NCBI RefSeq assembly: GCF_032062105.1
Contig: NW_026932237.1
Coordinates: 372,001-436,000, forward strand
Direction of reading: 5' to 3'
Length of the DNA stretch: 64,000 nucleotides
From: Saccostrea cucullata
Taxonomy: Eukaryota
The notes beneath the pieces are model-generated. The model saw nothing but the letters and a program-made list of their open reading frames with translations, did not search any database and was not told where the DNA came from. Positions 24,469 through 36,218 of this stretch are shown piece after piece. The translations under genes and the position numbers were made by a program. Each line of letters opens with the position of its first letter. Positions within the stretch are counted from its first letter, which is position 1.

Positions 24469-26460
24469 TTAAGACAAAAAATTATATATATTGACTTTGT
24501 TTGAACTTGCGATAAGTAGAGCATCTTTGAAAATAGCAATGCTTCTTGGTTTAGTCTGCCATTTGTCAATTTTGATAAAGGATTTATTAATCCCTTTGCT
24601 GTCAAATATTGAAAGACTCCCATCAAAGTATTCAGATATAAAAATGTTATTTTCAGTATCAAAAGCAATTGATCCTGGGTAGGCATTAATTCTCTTGAAA
24701 ATCTTGCAGTCTTGGTCAAGCAGGTACACACGGTCTTTTATCCAGTCGGACACGATCAGTGTTTTGTTCGGAAGACGGCTGGCATACACCGGTTTGCCGA
24801 AGGAGAATTTTTTCCCTTGGTCGTTTAATATTTCCCGTTCATCGATCCTGTCACAGGTTTTGATAAAAACCTTTTTCTTTGACATCCACGCTAGTGTATC
24901 GCATTCTGGATGTTGTGTGATTATCGTTGAAATTCCTTCAAATCTGTTCAATTCATTAAAGTTTTGATCGAAAATAAGCAACCTTGAACCAGCGAGACAA
25001 GCAAATCCCATTCGATATGAGGAAATCACACATGCACCTGGTACCTTTATTGATTTAACTGCATGTACTTCAGTGTCGTGTGTTAAAATTTTGATTTTGT
25101 TGTTTTCTCTGTCTATTGCCGCTATACGACCATCGGCCGTCCATGCAACACTGGTAAACACGGGGGTGCGCAAATCGCTGACGTCATCTAGATAAAGATT
25201 TTTATTGAACTGGAGCCTAAAAGTCTCATGAGGTTTCTCTTTAAGAGTAAGATTTGGTAGACTTTTTGAATTTTGTTTTTGTTCAGACAAGTTACTTGAT
25301 GAATTTTGTACCGAGGGACGTTTCGGTTCACACGTTTTTGTCGTTATTTTAAGGGCCTCTTTCATGTTAACAATGTCTTTATCATCAATCCTGGTAGAAA
25401 AACTCATCATAAATGGTTCGTTCCATTTCAAATGTAAATATGGAATTTCAACGGAGGGACATTGAAATTGATGCTCTTGTGTCGCATACGTTTCGTTCAG
25501 TTTTGAAAGTCTTTCGTAAATTTCGTCAAGCAAAAACAACACCTCAACATCATTTCCTCTACTCAGAATATTCTCAGAAAACTTGACTGACTCAGAAATG
25601 TTTTTGAACAATTCAGTTACTTTATCATGGACATGTATTAGACATTCTCTTCCAGGATTTACTTTTTTCGTGAGTTCTTCTGTAATATTCTTTTGAGCCT
25701 CGTGAATGCTATTCACTGCATCACTGCATACCTTTTCTATCTCACCTTTCATCAATGTTTCCTTTTCAACTAATTCTTTCATCCGTATCTCAACTGTTGA
25801 ACGCTTTTCCTGTAAAGTCTGAAGATTTGTTCTTAGTGGTTCTAGTATGCTGGATATTTTGGATTCTTTGGTTCTTCTTACTTCAGAAATAAGTTTAACA
25901 TCTGTATGTTCGTGGTCAAATAAAGCACAGTCTCCACATAGAGAGAGGTTACATTGGAGACAGAAGTATCGAATTTCATGGTTGTGCTTTGGGCAACGAA
26001 TTTTTTTAGCCACCTCTATTTCTCTGTCATATTTGCCTTCCTTTATTTCAATTAATGACTTAACTTTATGATTTCTGGTTTGGGTGGTGAATGTATGTCT
26101 TGTTTTCGAACACTCCTCGCAGAGAAAATCTAAGCAAGTTAAGCACTGGGAAACAGCGATATGATCCTCATCCATACAAAACGAACAAAAAGTTTTAGAT
26201 AAATCGGATTGTTTTTTAATCAGGTCAACCATATTCTGTAAGCAAAAATTCTTTTTAAGTCCTTTATTTTCCAATGAAAACGGTTCTCTGCAGATTGGGC
26301 AGTGATATGGCTCTTCCGTACAACCAGATTGGATGAACGTCTGAATACATTTCTTGCAAAATGAATGTAAACATGGCAGCGTTTGGGGTTCCGTATAGAT
26401 TTCACAGCATATGGAGCATGTAAGAAAGTCATCTGCTAGTGTTGTTGACAGAGATTCCAT
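24469..26460 (-). CDS. TRIM E3 ubiquitin ligase, tandem paralog of 19149-21203, 663 aa
   Basis: Same RING, two B-boxes, coiled coil and beta-propeller order; shared motifs DDFLTC, LPCLHSFC, AVSQCLTCLD, RHxFTxQTRxH, GNDxEVLxLxDEIYER, PGSI, KWQxxPR. Confidence 0.93.
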   Translation of the reverse strand: MESLSTTLADDFLTCSICCEIYTEPQTLPCLHSFCKKCIQTFIQSGCTEEPYHCPICREPFSLENKGLKKNFCLQNMVDLIKKQSDLSKTFCSFCMDEDHIAVSQCLTCLDFLCEECSKTRHTFTTQTRNHKVKSLIEIKEGKYDREIEVAKKIRCPKHNHEIRYFCLQCNLSLCGDCALFDHEHTDVKLISEVRRTKESKISSILEPLRTNLQTLQEKRSTVEIRMKELVEKETLMKGEIEKVCSDAVNSIHEAQKNITEELTKKVNPGRECLIHVHDKVTELFKNISESVKFSENILSRGNDVEVLFLLDEIYERLSKLNETYATQEHQFQCPSVEIPYLHLKWNEPFMMSFSTRIDDKDIVNMKEALKITTKTCEPKRPSVQNSSSNLSEQKQNSKSLPNLTLKEKPHETFRLQFNKNLYLDDVSDLRTPVFTSVAWTADGRIAAIDRENNKIKILTHDTEVHAVKSIKVPGACVISSYRMGFACLAGSRLLIFDQNFNELNRFEGISTIITQHPECDTLAWMSKKKVFIKTCDRIDEREILNDQGKKFSFGKPVYASRLPNKTLIVSDWIKDRVYLLDQDCKIFKRINAYPGSIAFDTENNIFISEYFDGSLSIFDSKGINKSFIKIDKWQTKPRSIAIFKDALLIASSNKVNIYNFLS

Positions 26461-27436
26461 ATCATTCTACGACAAAATAATTGAATTCAGTTTTATGTCA
26501 ATCATTGAGCATGAAACCGGAAAACCGCTACTCGTCATTATTTATATTAATTATTTCAATGCTACGTGTGTATGTATTGAATGACCTTGAACAATTTCCT
26601 TGTGCATAATACGCAATTCTGTATGCAATGAAATCAATTTGATTTACTTACAAATAATTCTATGCTCAGTCCACATCCCACAATTTTCCTAGCTAGGCTT
26701 ACAACGCACGGAAAGCTTCCTCATTTAAAAACAAAATACACTCGTCGTTAGATAAAACGTCCTGGTCCAATCATATGCAAGTCAGAAAAGTAGGTCATAA
26801 CTGCTTGCAGTTAAAAAAATCGACTACTTGTGTAAATACTGTTGAGCTGACGTTTCATGTAATAAAATATAAGTGCATTCCTTTAAGAATTAAAAGTAGT
26901 ACTATTTATTAATAAAAAGATGTTCGAAAAGATTTTATGCAGGAGAAATAAAAGTTGCTTTATTATTTTTTATGTATCTTCTTTTAATATCGAACTTTTA
27001 TTGGAAAAAAATAAATAAAAAAATGCAAACTTTGTTAATGATGTTTCATTTTTGTTTCATTTTTGTTGATGTATAAGTGCTAAATTGGTGTAGTATTTCG
27101 TGTTGTTAAGACAAGAAATTATACATGTGTTATACATAAAAACTAAAGAAAAACCAAGAAGCATTAATTAAGTATTAAGCGTATTATAACGTACACAAAA
27201 ATTAAGTAAAACTTCCATAAAACCTGAGACTGAAAAGGATAGGAGTCAATAAAAAATTTTTAATGTCTAAATCTCATCCACAAAGAGCATTTGATTCAAT
27301 GACATGTGCTTTATGTTCACACGTCTTTATGGCTGAAATATTACCTACTCTTAAACAGTAAACAATCAATCAATCTTTGATGTTTTGCTTTATTATAGTA
27401 ATGTAGAATATTGACCAAAGAAGAAAAAACAAATAC

Positions 27437-29071
27437 CTGTACTTTTGAACAAATAGATAAAAACTCTGTTGTCCAACCAAATATTGAGTTCATTAGAACA
27501 TGGTAGAACTAAAACCATTTTATCTAACTTCTTCTAACTAGCACGTACATTCAATTCGTCAGAAAGACGAAAGCAAATATTCTGTGTCTGATCACAGAAG
27601 TTGGAAAAGGTCAAACCGATATATAGTTTCATTTTTTCTTAACTCTTTTTAGATCAATTTGAGATCGACACAATAATGACAATATTGATAATAATTCCAT
27701 TCATTGAGCATGAGCAATTTATTTCTTCAATTTTAATGTCTATGTACAAAACATCACTTTTTATTTCTTGGTCGTTGGTGATTCCTGTAAGAAAAATGAG
27801 AGGAATTGTTAAATACCACCAATAATTACAACAACAAAAAATAAGTGAGAGAGAAAGAGAGTCAGAGAGGGATTGGGAGGTAACTCATAAATCAGATAAA
27901 ATATTGTTTAGCGATTGTTGGTGATTAATGCATTCATAATATTACTTACTTGCAGACTTAAAGCTTTAAATATAAAGTTATAATAATTTTAATTTAGAAA
28001 AGAAATTTGAAAAAAGTAATAATTGTATACCTACGTGGAAGAACTCCTTGTTTATCTCATTTTCCACTGAAGTTTAAAAAAAAAAAAAGAAAGTGATAAA
28101 ATTCTTATAAAGATAATAGTGGCAAAATGGCAAAATACTTACAGTAAAGAAAGGCAAGCTTTACAGATTTCAAATACATCAATACAAAATAAAATGTCTT
28201 TTAAAGAATTTTCATAAAAGCCACAAGTAAAACAAATCATACTGTGCTGTACTTCAGTGCTTAAATGAACATAATTTAAAACCGTATATTTGATGACATT
28301 AAACTTACTAATAAGATATATTCAGTCCATGTGCAAGATATGAGTTCATAACCTCAGCCAGAGCATTCATCATTTCAAACTCCCCTAAAAGACCAGTGCT
28401 TCGGACCTTTCTGTAAAATGAAATAAATAAATGAGTAACAAATCGGGAATTAACTACACAAATATCTCGAATTGTTTCAGTGAAACTTGCATAAATAAGA
28501 TTTTGTGTTTTCTGGAATCTTCTCTGTAAAGATTTCATTTGTCTAATATGTTATCTAAAGGGGAATGTTGTCTTATCCGGCCAAATTCTTTGGTTTAAAT
28601 GATGGCTCGGAATAGACAAGTTTTACTTATAACGATTGTTTTCTTCATGACAACAATAATCATTTTGAGCATACAAGAATTTTTTTGCATTTTAACATTT
28701 ATACACATGGATGGTCACCCCATTGATGGAACAGAAATCAATATAATACACTACGTTGTTTCTTTGTAGGTGTTTATAACTTTTCGAAATTGCACATCTG
28801 CAATTCAATACCAGTATATGTTACTGTATTGTCAACAATAGCGCTAACTGTACATCTACCGACCCGTCCAATACAACTAATGATATAAAATTGCCCTGTT
28901 ACTTTTCGTTTAATTTAACATTATGACAAAAATATACAAAATATTTATTAGTGAAAAAGATCACCTTGCTGATCTGGATGCCAGCATTACAGTCCTGTTA
29001 TCTAAAGGATTCTGAACTGTTACAGACAGGAACAAACAAAATGCTAGAAAATGTGTAATGCACGGTCCCAT
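27437..29071 (-). pseudogene. Probable decayed multi-exon gene for a secreted or cell-surface Cys-containing protein
   Basis: Signal-peptide exon MGPCITHFLAFCLFLSVTVQNP (29071-28965), followed by AG/GT-bounded segments (from about 28895, about 28410-28309, about 28066-28031, 27784-27437) whose translations (NVVYYIDFCS, SDVLYIDIKIEEINCSCS) are broken by stops and frameshifts. Confidence 0.4.
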
Positions 29072-29176
29072 TCTGTCGATATCACAATCTGGAAAAAAAA
29101 TTAAAACTTAATAGTAATAAATAAGTAAATCGAAATTGTTCTTTTTTATGTTCTGTGGCCTTTTATATATATATAT

Positions 29177-29548
29177 TCCCTTACTTATGCAGCAATATAC
29201 CTTCATCACCTGCATACGGAATACATATATCTCAGTTGATTAGATATGCAAGAGCATGCTCTTCGTACGAACAATTTCTAAAACGAGGTAAATTATTGAC
29301 AAGCAAGTTGATGAAACAAGAATATCAGCAGTAACACGTGTAAAGTAATATCATTTCGTAAGTTCTATGGTCGATACAATGATCTTGGCAGCAAATACAA
29401 TTAATCATTGAGTCAAATGCTGACTGACGACTGACTGGCACCTGATCCCACCTCTGATCTTTCGGAGCGCCGTGTTTGCTCTGCTCCTTTTTTTGTATTG
29501 TTTTATGGACTTTGAGATTGAATACTGTTCGTTATCTCCATATCCTTC
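29177..29548 (+). mobile_element. Penelope-like retroelement 3' fragment
   Basis: Translates FPYLCSNIPSSPAYGI/YISQLIRYARACSSYEQFLKRGKLLTSKLMKQEYQQ...FRKFYGRYNDL, a PLE RT C-terminal signature, then part of the 3' module TGGCACCTGATCCCACCTCTG. Confidence 0.8.
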
Positions 29549-30692
29549 ATATATGAAAGGCACACGAGGACTGTTAATATTTTTGTTTCATCAACTTTTT
29601 GCCAGTAGCTTTCCTCACTGTAAAAATTCTTTGTTGGTAGAGCATGCTCTAACATGTACTTATCAAAGTGCGAGACATTGACCCAATTTCCAGATGATTG
29701 AAGTATATTTCTGGAAGTACGAGAAGTTCACGAAAAGTTGAAGTCATCAAGTTTATCACAGAGCATCCTGTGACCATTTTAAAAACGGATTTTTGCTAGA
29801 ATCCTGCCATTATTACTTTTTTTTAAAGAAAATCTTTCTTATTCTGATTTTGACGTAAAATATGTATATACCAAAATAACACCTCATCTGTTCAAAAGTT
29901 TTGAAAAGGGAATATGAATACTAGTAAGTGAAATTCGAAAGCAGGATTTTGGTTTATCTATTATTGGTTTATCTTTAATTTTGACATTTATATTGTGATA
30001 TGGACCAAAAGGTAAGATTTCGCAGATATTGACATTTACTAGTGTTTAATGGAATGAATTTACTTGTAAATGAAAATTTGACTTTCTTCTCATTTTTGTA
30101 ATCACAAAACCAAATGGGTATAAATTTTGAATTAGATGATTTTTTTGCAATAAGAAACAACAATTATTTTTATGCTTTAAATTCACATGCAACGTTAAAA
30201 AAAAATATGCTGCAGAAAATCATTACATGTAATAAGATAGTTAGGTAATAAACCCATCAGATGATTATTAATTCTTTTTAATTAAGTTTCGTAACAAAGT
30301 AAATGCATGGAGCATACTTTTTTCCTGACAATCGAAAATCTTTTGCATAATCCTTAAAAAAATGAGAACATTTCATTTGAAAAAAAAGGTGTAAGAAATG
30401 TTCCAATAGGATGTTTGCTTTTTTTCAGGAAGAACCCCATAGAATATTTCATCAATTTGAAAGTATTTCAGTAACGTTTTACATATAAAATTACAAAATC
30501 ATATTTCAATCTTAATTGTTTTTTTTTTAAAGTATTAACAGAAAAAGGCATATGAAATGTTTCAACAGGATTTGGGCAATTTTCTATGAAATATTTCAAG
30601 AAAGAATGCTAGAAAAAGACCCAAGTGATATGTCTACAAGGGATTTCAGTATTGTTTTTTACGCATGAAATTACAATATCATTCATTCTTAC

Positions 30693-30763
30693 CTTTCTCT
30701 GTGCCTAGAGTCTCGGACTGACTGTCGCCTTCCAATAAATGGTAAGGAGCCTGGGTATATATA
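30693..30763 (-). promoter_or_regulatory. TATA box and short non-coding exon upstream of the decayed gene
   Basis: Minus-strand TATATATA at 30763-30756; exon ends at GAGAAAG|gtaaga. Confidence 0.4.
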
Positions 30764-31734
30764 AGGACGGACTGCATCCTCGTCTTGTCAGAAAACAGCG
30801 GGACCACTTCCATATCACATTTTCTTATAATTATTATACTTCCGATATTGACATTTATTGTTATGTCTCTATAAAATATAAGCAGCGGATGTCAACTTTT
30901 CAGCATCTATCTTATAAGTTTTATCAAGTTTGTTAGAATTCCCTCTTTTTGTTTTTTGCAAATATGTTTTGATCATGGAGTTTTACACGTTATTTTATTG
31001 TGCCTCACTCATATACACATAATATCACCATAAAGTCTACACCCACGATAATTATACTCCCAAAATATTAATGACTGAGATTGTACTTCTGTAACGTACA
31101 GTTTAATCTGTCTGGAAAATGAGAATTGAGAAGTCACTCAAATATTTATATAAAATTGAAAATTACTTTAAATTTTACACGTGCTTATGTTTCAATAGAA
31201 TTACAACATTTTTAACAAGAATTTATCTCTTTTTTCTGTCATTTTATTAGGGATGTGTTTGAGACTTAATTTAGCATATTTTCTTAAAATGAAATAGAAT
31301 AAAACATTTTTTTTCTTTTTTAATGAACGTGTTTGTAATTTTTTCTGTTAATATTTTGTATGAAAGAACTTACTATTCAATATCTTAATTGTCTGCATTA
31401 TTTGGTCAATCAAGACCCCTTTTTTCTTAAATTTCATAACATCTACGCATCATCACTTAAAGCGTTTAATAGACCATGCCAAATACGAAATTTATTATAA
31501 ATAGCTAGTTTCTTTAATCTCTTCTTTTAATTTTACTTTTAAATCCTAATTGATTAATAACAGAAATAATTGTTCTTCTTGGACACCTACAAAAATACAT
31601 GTATAACAATTTTGAAATTACTTTTTAGTGAACATCTATGTAAGATTGTCTTCTTCTTTTGAAGCTAGTGAAACTGTATATAATTTTTTCCAAAGAAAAA
31701 TGTTAAATTTCTTTCATTGGTAATTCTATATATT

Positions 31735-32160
31735 ATATGGAGATAACAAACAATACTCGATCCCAAATGTTCATTAAACAATACAGTTACGGAGCAGAGC
31801 AAACACAGACTCTTAAACATTAGAGATGGGATCAGTTGACATGGAGGAGTAAGCATTCCCTGAGGACCGGTCACATCCGCCGTGTGTCCCTTGTTATGTT
31901 CGGGAAATAAACGAAAAGAAAAAAATCCGTCTACAACTCAGTGTAAATAATGGTCAAACAACGTCAGTCAGCAGTTGACTTAATGTTAATTTTTATGTTG
32001 ACAAAGTCATTGTATCGACCATGGAACATACGAAATGACGACGTTAAACGAGACTGCTGAAACATCAACTTGTTTGTAAGTAATTTACCTCGGTTAAGAA
32101 AGTATCCAAACTTATTAAGCACGCTTTTGTGATCATGTATCGGATCAAATTAGAAAATGT
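31735..32160 (-). mobile_element. Penelope-like retroelement 3' fragment
   Basis: Reverse complement is homologous to 29177-29548 and 54465-54678, including the full 3' module. Confidence 0.7.
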
Positions 32161-32161
32161 A

Positions 32162-32392
32162 TACCGTATAAGCAGCATTTTTTAGCGAGGAATTCATTTT
32201 GGTATTATAAGCGAGGGTGTTGAGATCGCTAAAATTGAATATTGCTAAAAATTAATTGCGTTTTATTTGAAATAGTTTCATTAGTGAGCATTTTAAAATC
32301 GCCAAAATTACTTGTCGCTAAAAATAAAATACCCATTTTTAAGTACAAATCGTGAAATTTGCGTCTCGTTAAATTTTTCACTTATACGCTAT
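32162..32392. mobile_element. TA-flanked MITE with internal TAGCGA/TCGCTA motifs
   Basis: TACCGTATAAG ... CTTATACGCTA termini; a homologous copy lies at 51299-51525. Confidence 0.65.
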
Positions 32393-34952
32393 ATACCCTG
32401 TTTGAGGGTGATTTGTTGTTTTTTTTTTTTCATGCATTTGTTAATATAACCAATAAATAGGTAATGTAGAAAACAAATTACATAACTCGCTTACTTGTTT
32501 TTTTAATAATATTTTTTTCACATTGTCTACCCACAATTAATACTTAAAGTCTCTTTGGTCAAGGGTTATTTCACAATCAATCTTTTTTTTACCAAGAATA
32601 TCTTGAAATCAGTTTGGAAAACACTGGAAAGGATACTTACTATTTATTTACTAAATAGTAATTTAAGTCATATTTGGCGTATTTTTTATAAGTTCAGACT
32701 AACTAAAATTAGACAAATATTTATATTTGTTTTGATACTTTATATAAAGATAGGACTTTCCTAAAAATCAAAAAATATAATTAATCGCGTTTCATGGATA
32801 TCTGAGATTAAAAACAATAACCGATTTATTTAAGCTAATATATATGGAGTAACTCAACTCATAGGGTAAAAAAAAATAAATAATTGTGAAAAATATGAAG
32901 ATGAAGGTTAAAAATGTTAAATCTGATATCTTTTATAGCTTCTATGAATTTTTTTTGGATAACACATCATAAATAGGACGATGAAATGATTCCTAAATTC
33001 GATTTGAACAAATTTATAAGTTATGGAATTGAATATACTAAAACTTCTTAAAAGATAAAAAATAAAATTTGGACAGATGTTTTAAGTCCTGGACAATGTT
33101 ACAAAAATCTTGATAAAAAGTTTGATGTTGCTAGTGATTATCACTATTTTACAATCCACATTTGCATTTTGGTAGAAAACCATTTTATAATTAACAAATG
33201 TTTTATAGCAACACTAAACAACTTAATGAAAATGGTTCGCTGTTTACTTATGAGTATTTCTGCAAAACCTATCCAAATACAAAGATTATTTTTTTTTAGA
33301 ATTCAAAAGTATTATTCATGCTATAAAGGGTTGGATGAAAATTTTGGTCAGGAAATAGCAGTAAAAAAGCTGACTAATCCATTAAATTATGTAAAATATC
33401 TACGTAGTACCTAATGAAATGTAAAAAAAAAAAATTCAAATGCTATATGTATTGTGAAATCCTTCTTCAAATCTTTTTCTGTTGCAGCAGGTAAAATATA
33501 TTTGAGTGAGCTCTTAGAAGTTAGAACTCAGGAATAAAAAAAAAACTTTACACAATACCTCTCAGGGTAACAAACGTCTGTATACTGCAATGGTTTCAAT
33601 GTAGGATAAAAAACTAAATCTTAGTTATTCAAAATAAAAAAAATATATATATTACTGTAAATTGTGCAGCTTTTGTCATGATAAGGAGGAAACGATAGAA
33701 CACGTACGCCTTCTATATGGGAATGCATTTTACACATTTTGTTTTATGAAATTTTACGTTTGTTTGAAGATAGGATTTGTCTAACGATTAGTGTTACTAA
33801 GAAATTGTTTATTTTAGGATTTATTGATGAAAATACTAATATTCAAAATGCTTTAAAAAATTTCTTCGTTGGCTTAAAGTTTATGTTTATACTACAAGCT
33901 GCACAAAGAAACCTAATAACACAAATCTAATTTATTATGAAACACAAAAATATATTTCTTGTAAGTATAACCAAGCGGAGAAGGAAAACGCAGGTTCAGT
34001 TTATAAATTTATTAGGAAAACGAAAAAGCAATGGCAGATCTACAAATCTTCACTTCAAAAATAAAAAAAATTTAGTCTACTACGAACAAAATGTCATTTT
34101 CATAGTTAAGAAAAACGTTTTTTTTTTTCAAAATTATGAATGTATAATATTATAGTCATAAGAATGGTAAAAGGGAAAAGTTTGATACACGGTGGAACAT
34201 GTTAAACCTGCTGTTCTCTTAACTTTAACCTCTGCTTAATTCAAACATAACCTTTAAGATTAAATAATAGAATTTTTAAAACCAATTTGAGTGCGAAAAA
34301 TATTTATCACTGTTATCATATATATACATTTTGAAAACCTTTTGTTTAGTTTAAAACAACAAATCACCACCTTTCAATTGAAACAGGTAGATGGAACGGT
34401 ACTCAAGAAAGAAATGAAAGATTCTGTAGCTTATGCAGTAGTAACCAGATAGAAGATGAATATCATTATATTTTAGGATAATGCTTTAAACCAATTGAGG
34501 AAAGATTATTTGAACCAAACATTTTGTTTTAATCCAGATACGTGTATTATCAAATTTTGTGAAGCCATGTGCTAATTTTGTGAAGCCATGTGCTAGAATA
34601 CTGTTGATTCTTTGAAATAAATTGTGTACATTAACAGAAACATAAAAACATTTTTTGTCCTTGCTGAAATAGATTTTCTTACTCTTTTCCTACTAATGTT
34701 TCATGCAAGTCCTTTTGTAATTTTGAACTGCAGGTAACGATTACGCGTCAATGGGAATAGATAACAAAATGAAGAAAAAAACAACAAAAAAATGATTATT
34801 GTTTCTAGTTCACATTGAATTCAATGAAAATCAAGCTGCACAAAATATACACCACAAAAGTAATTTTCTTACATGTACATGTAATCAAATTACAAAATTT
34901 AATAATGATAATGGGTTAAATCTTGTTAAATGCTTATTGATTTATTTATTCA

Positions 34953-36218
34953 TTACTTAGTTCTGCTGTCTTGTTGGGAACTTGAAAACCTGGACATAGG
35001 ACGCTTCAGTGCCGTTAGAAACTCCGGGATATTAAAAAGGTATATTATGGGATTAATAAGAGAATTCACGTTTGCTAAAACATACAAAAATACTACAACA
35101 ATTGTGCTAACGGTTTGGACATTCACGATGCTTTCAACCACGCGAATTATCGCCGCTGGTAGAGTTAATAAAAATAGGGCAATTAGTAAAATGGTAATTA
35201 ATTTCATAGATTTTATCATTTTTCGTCGCTTTGAATAGTGTATATGTTGGGAAAATTTTGATGAAGTATTCAAATAATGAGTTTTCAGATTGTAAATTGA
35301 CAGACAATAAAATGTAAGTGTTAGAGATAAGTACAACGTTCCCAGTACTGTATTAACCACGCCAAGGAGAACAATCTTCTCACCAAATACATTTCTGTAA
35401 TTGCAATTATCATTAGCATTGTATTTAGAAGGCGAGAGAAAGGAGGATACAAGAGCCACGTTTAAAACCCATCCAGTAATGAACACGAGGTATTTCCGTT
35501 TCTTTCCAAAAAGTTTTTTGTCTGAGCTATTTTCAGTTATGACAAGAAACCGATGAAAACTTATGCAAAGGACTTGGTAAAAAGACATCAAGAGACACGA
35601 AATGCCCATTACATTTAGCAAAACACATAACTCAATGATGCTTGAATTCGTGAGTAAAAGGACGCGAATCCCGTTAAGAAAAGTACATATTCCTAAGACA
35701 AAATCGTTTACAGACAGACTGAGTACTACGCAGAGATACGTATTGGTTCGTAAATTACGATGTATACCAGCTATAATTAAGACTAAACCATTTGAGGTCA
35801 TAACAAGCACTCCAACTGACATTGCGCTAACAGGTACAAGCAGAGAAGAATACTGAATATCACGTTCTGTTAAATTGGTCAAAATCAGTGTTGTATTGTC
35901 TGTCGTGCTCTTTTCCATCATATCTAATATTTCCGAGTCGTTCTTCATTTCTTTAGTTTCTAATTTAAGATACAAGTCTGTTGTTATGGCAACAGGAGAA
36001 TCATCACTTGCTTCAGTCTTCTTTCTGGTTGCACTTGTCATGTCATTCTCTTCAATTTCTGTTACATTTTTCGAACCTTCAGCCAGAGAAATCAAAGATT
36101 GATTGCATAGAACGATTTTCATTTGGAAGATGGCTACTAAACATAAAATCTTCAGGAATGCCTTCGCACGGCAAATATTTCCTTTCCTGTGCTCCTTTTT
36201 TATCATTTCATTTCTCAT
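34953..36218 (-). CDS. Rhodopsin-like (class A) orphan GPCR, intact, intronless CDS, 421 aa
   Basis: Hydrophobic N-terminal leader, Thr/Asn-rich ectodomain, 7 TM segments; TM1 SN, TM2 LSVND, TM3 ISFHRF in place of DRY, TM4 W, TM6 LP, TM7 NSLINPIIY, helix 8 F. Confidence 0.92.
   Translation of the reverse strand: MRNEMIKKEHRKGNICRAKAFLKILCLVAIFQMKIVLCNQSLISLAEGSKNVTEIEENDMTSATRKKTEASDDSPVAITTDLYLKLETKEMKNDSEILDMMEKSTTDNTTLILTNLTERDIQYSSLLVPVSAMSVGVLVMTSNGLVLIIAGIHRNLRTNTYLCVVLSLSVNDFVLGICTFLNGIRVLLLTNSSIIELCVLLNVMGISCLLMSFYQVLCISFHRFLVITENSSDKKLFGKKRKYLVFITGWVLNVALVSSFLSPSKYNANDNCNYRNVFGEKIVLLGVVNTVLGTLYLSLTLTFYCLSIYNLKTHYLNTSSKFSQHIHYSKRRKMIKSMKLITILLIALFLLTLPAAIIRVVESIVNVQTVSTIVVVFLYVLANVNSLINPIIYLFNIPEFLTALKRPMSRFSSSQQDSRTK

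Noticed and set aside
28309-28410. Selenoprotein reading of two in-frame TGA codons in the decayed gene
   Set aside because: Neighbouring segments contain TAA stops and frameshifts, and no SECIS is evident; decay is simpler.
34553-34594. 21-bp perfect tandem duplication; similar short ones near 38880 and 57515
   Set aside because: Ordinary slippage-type duplications with no further structure.
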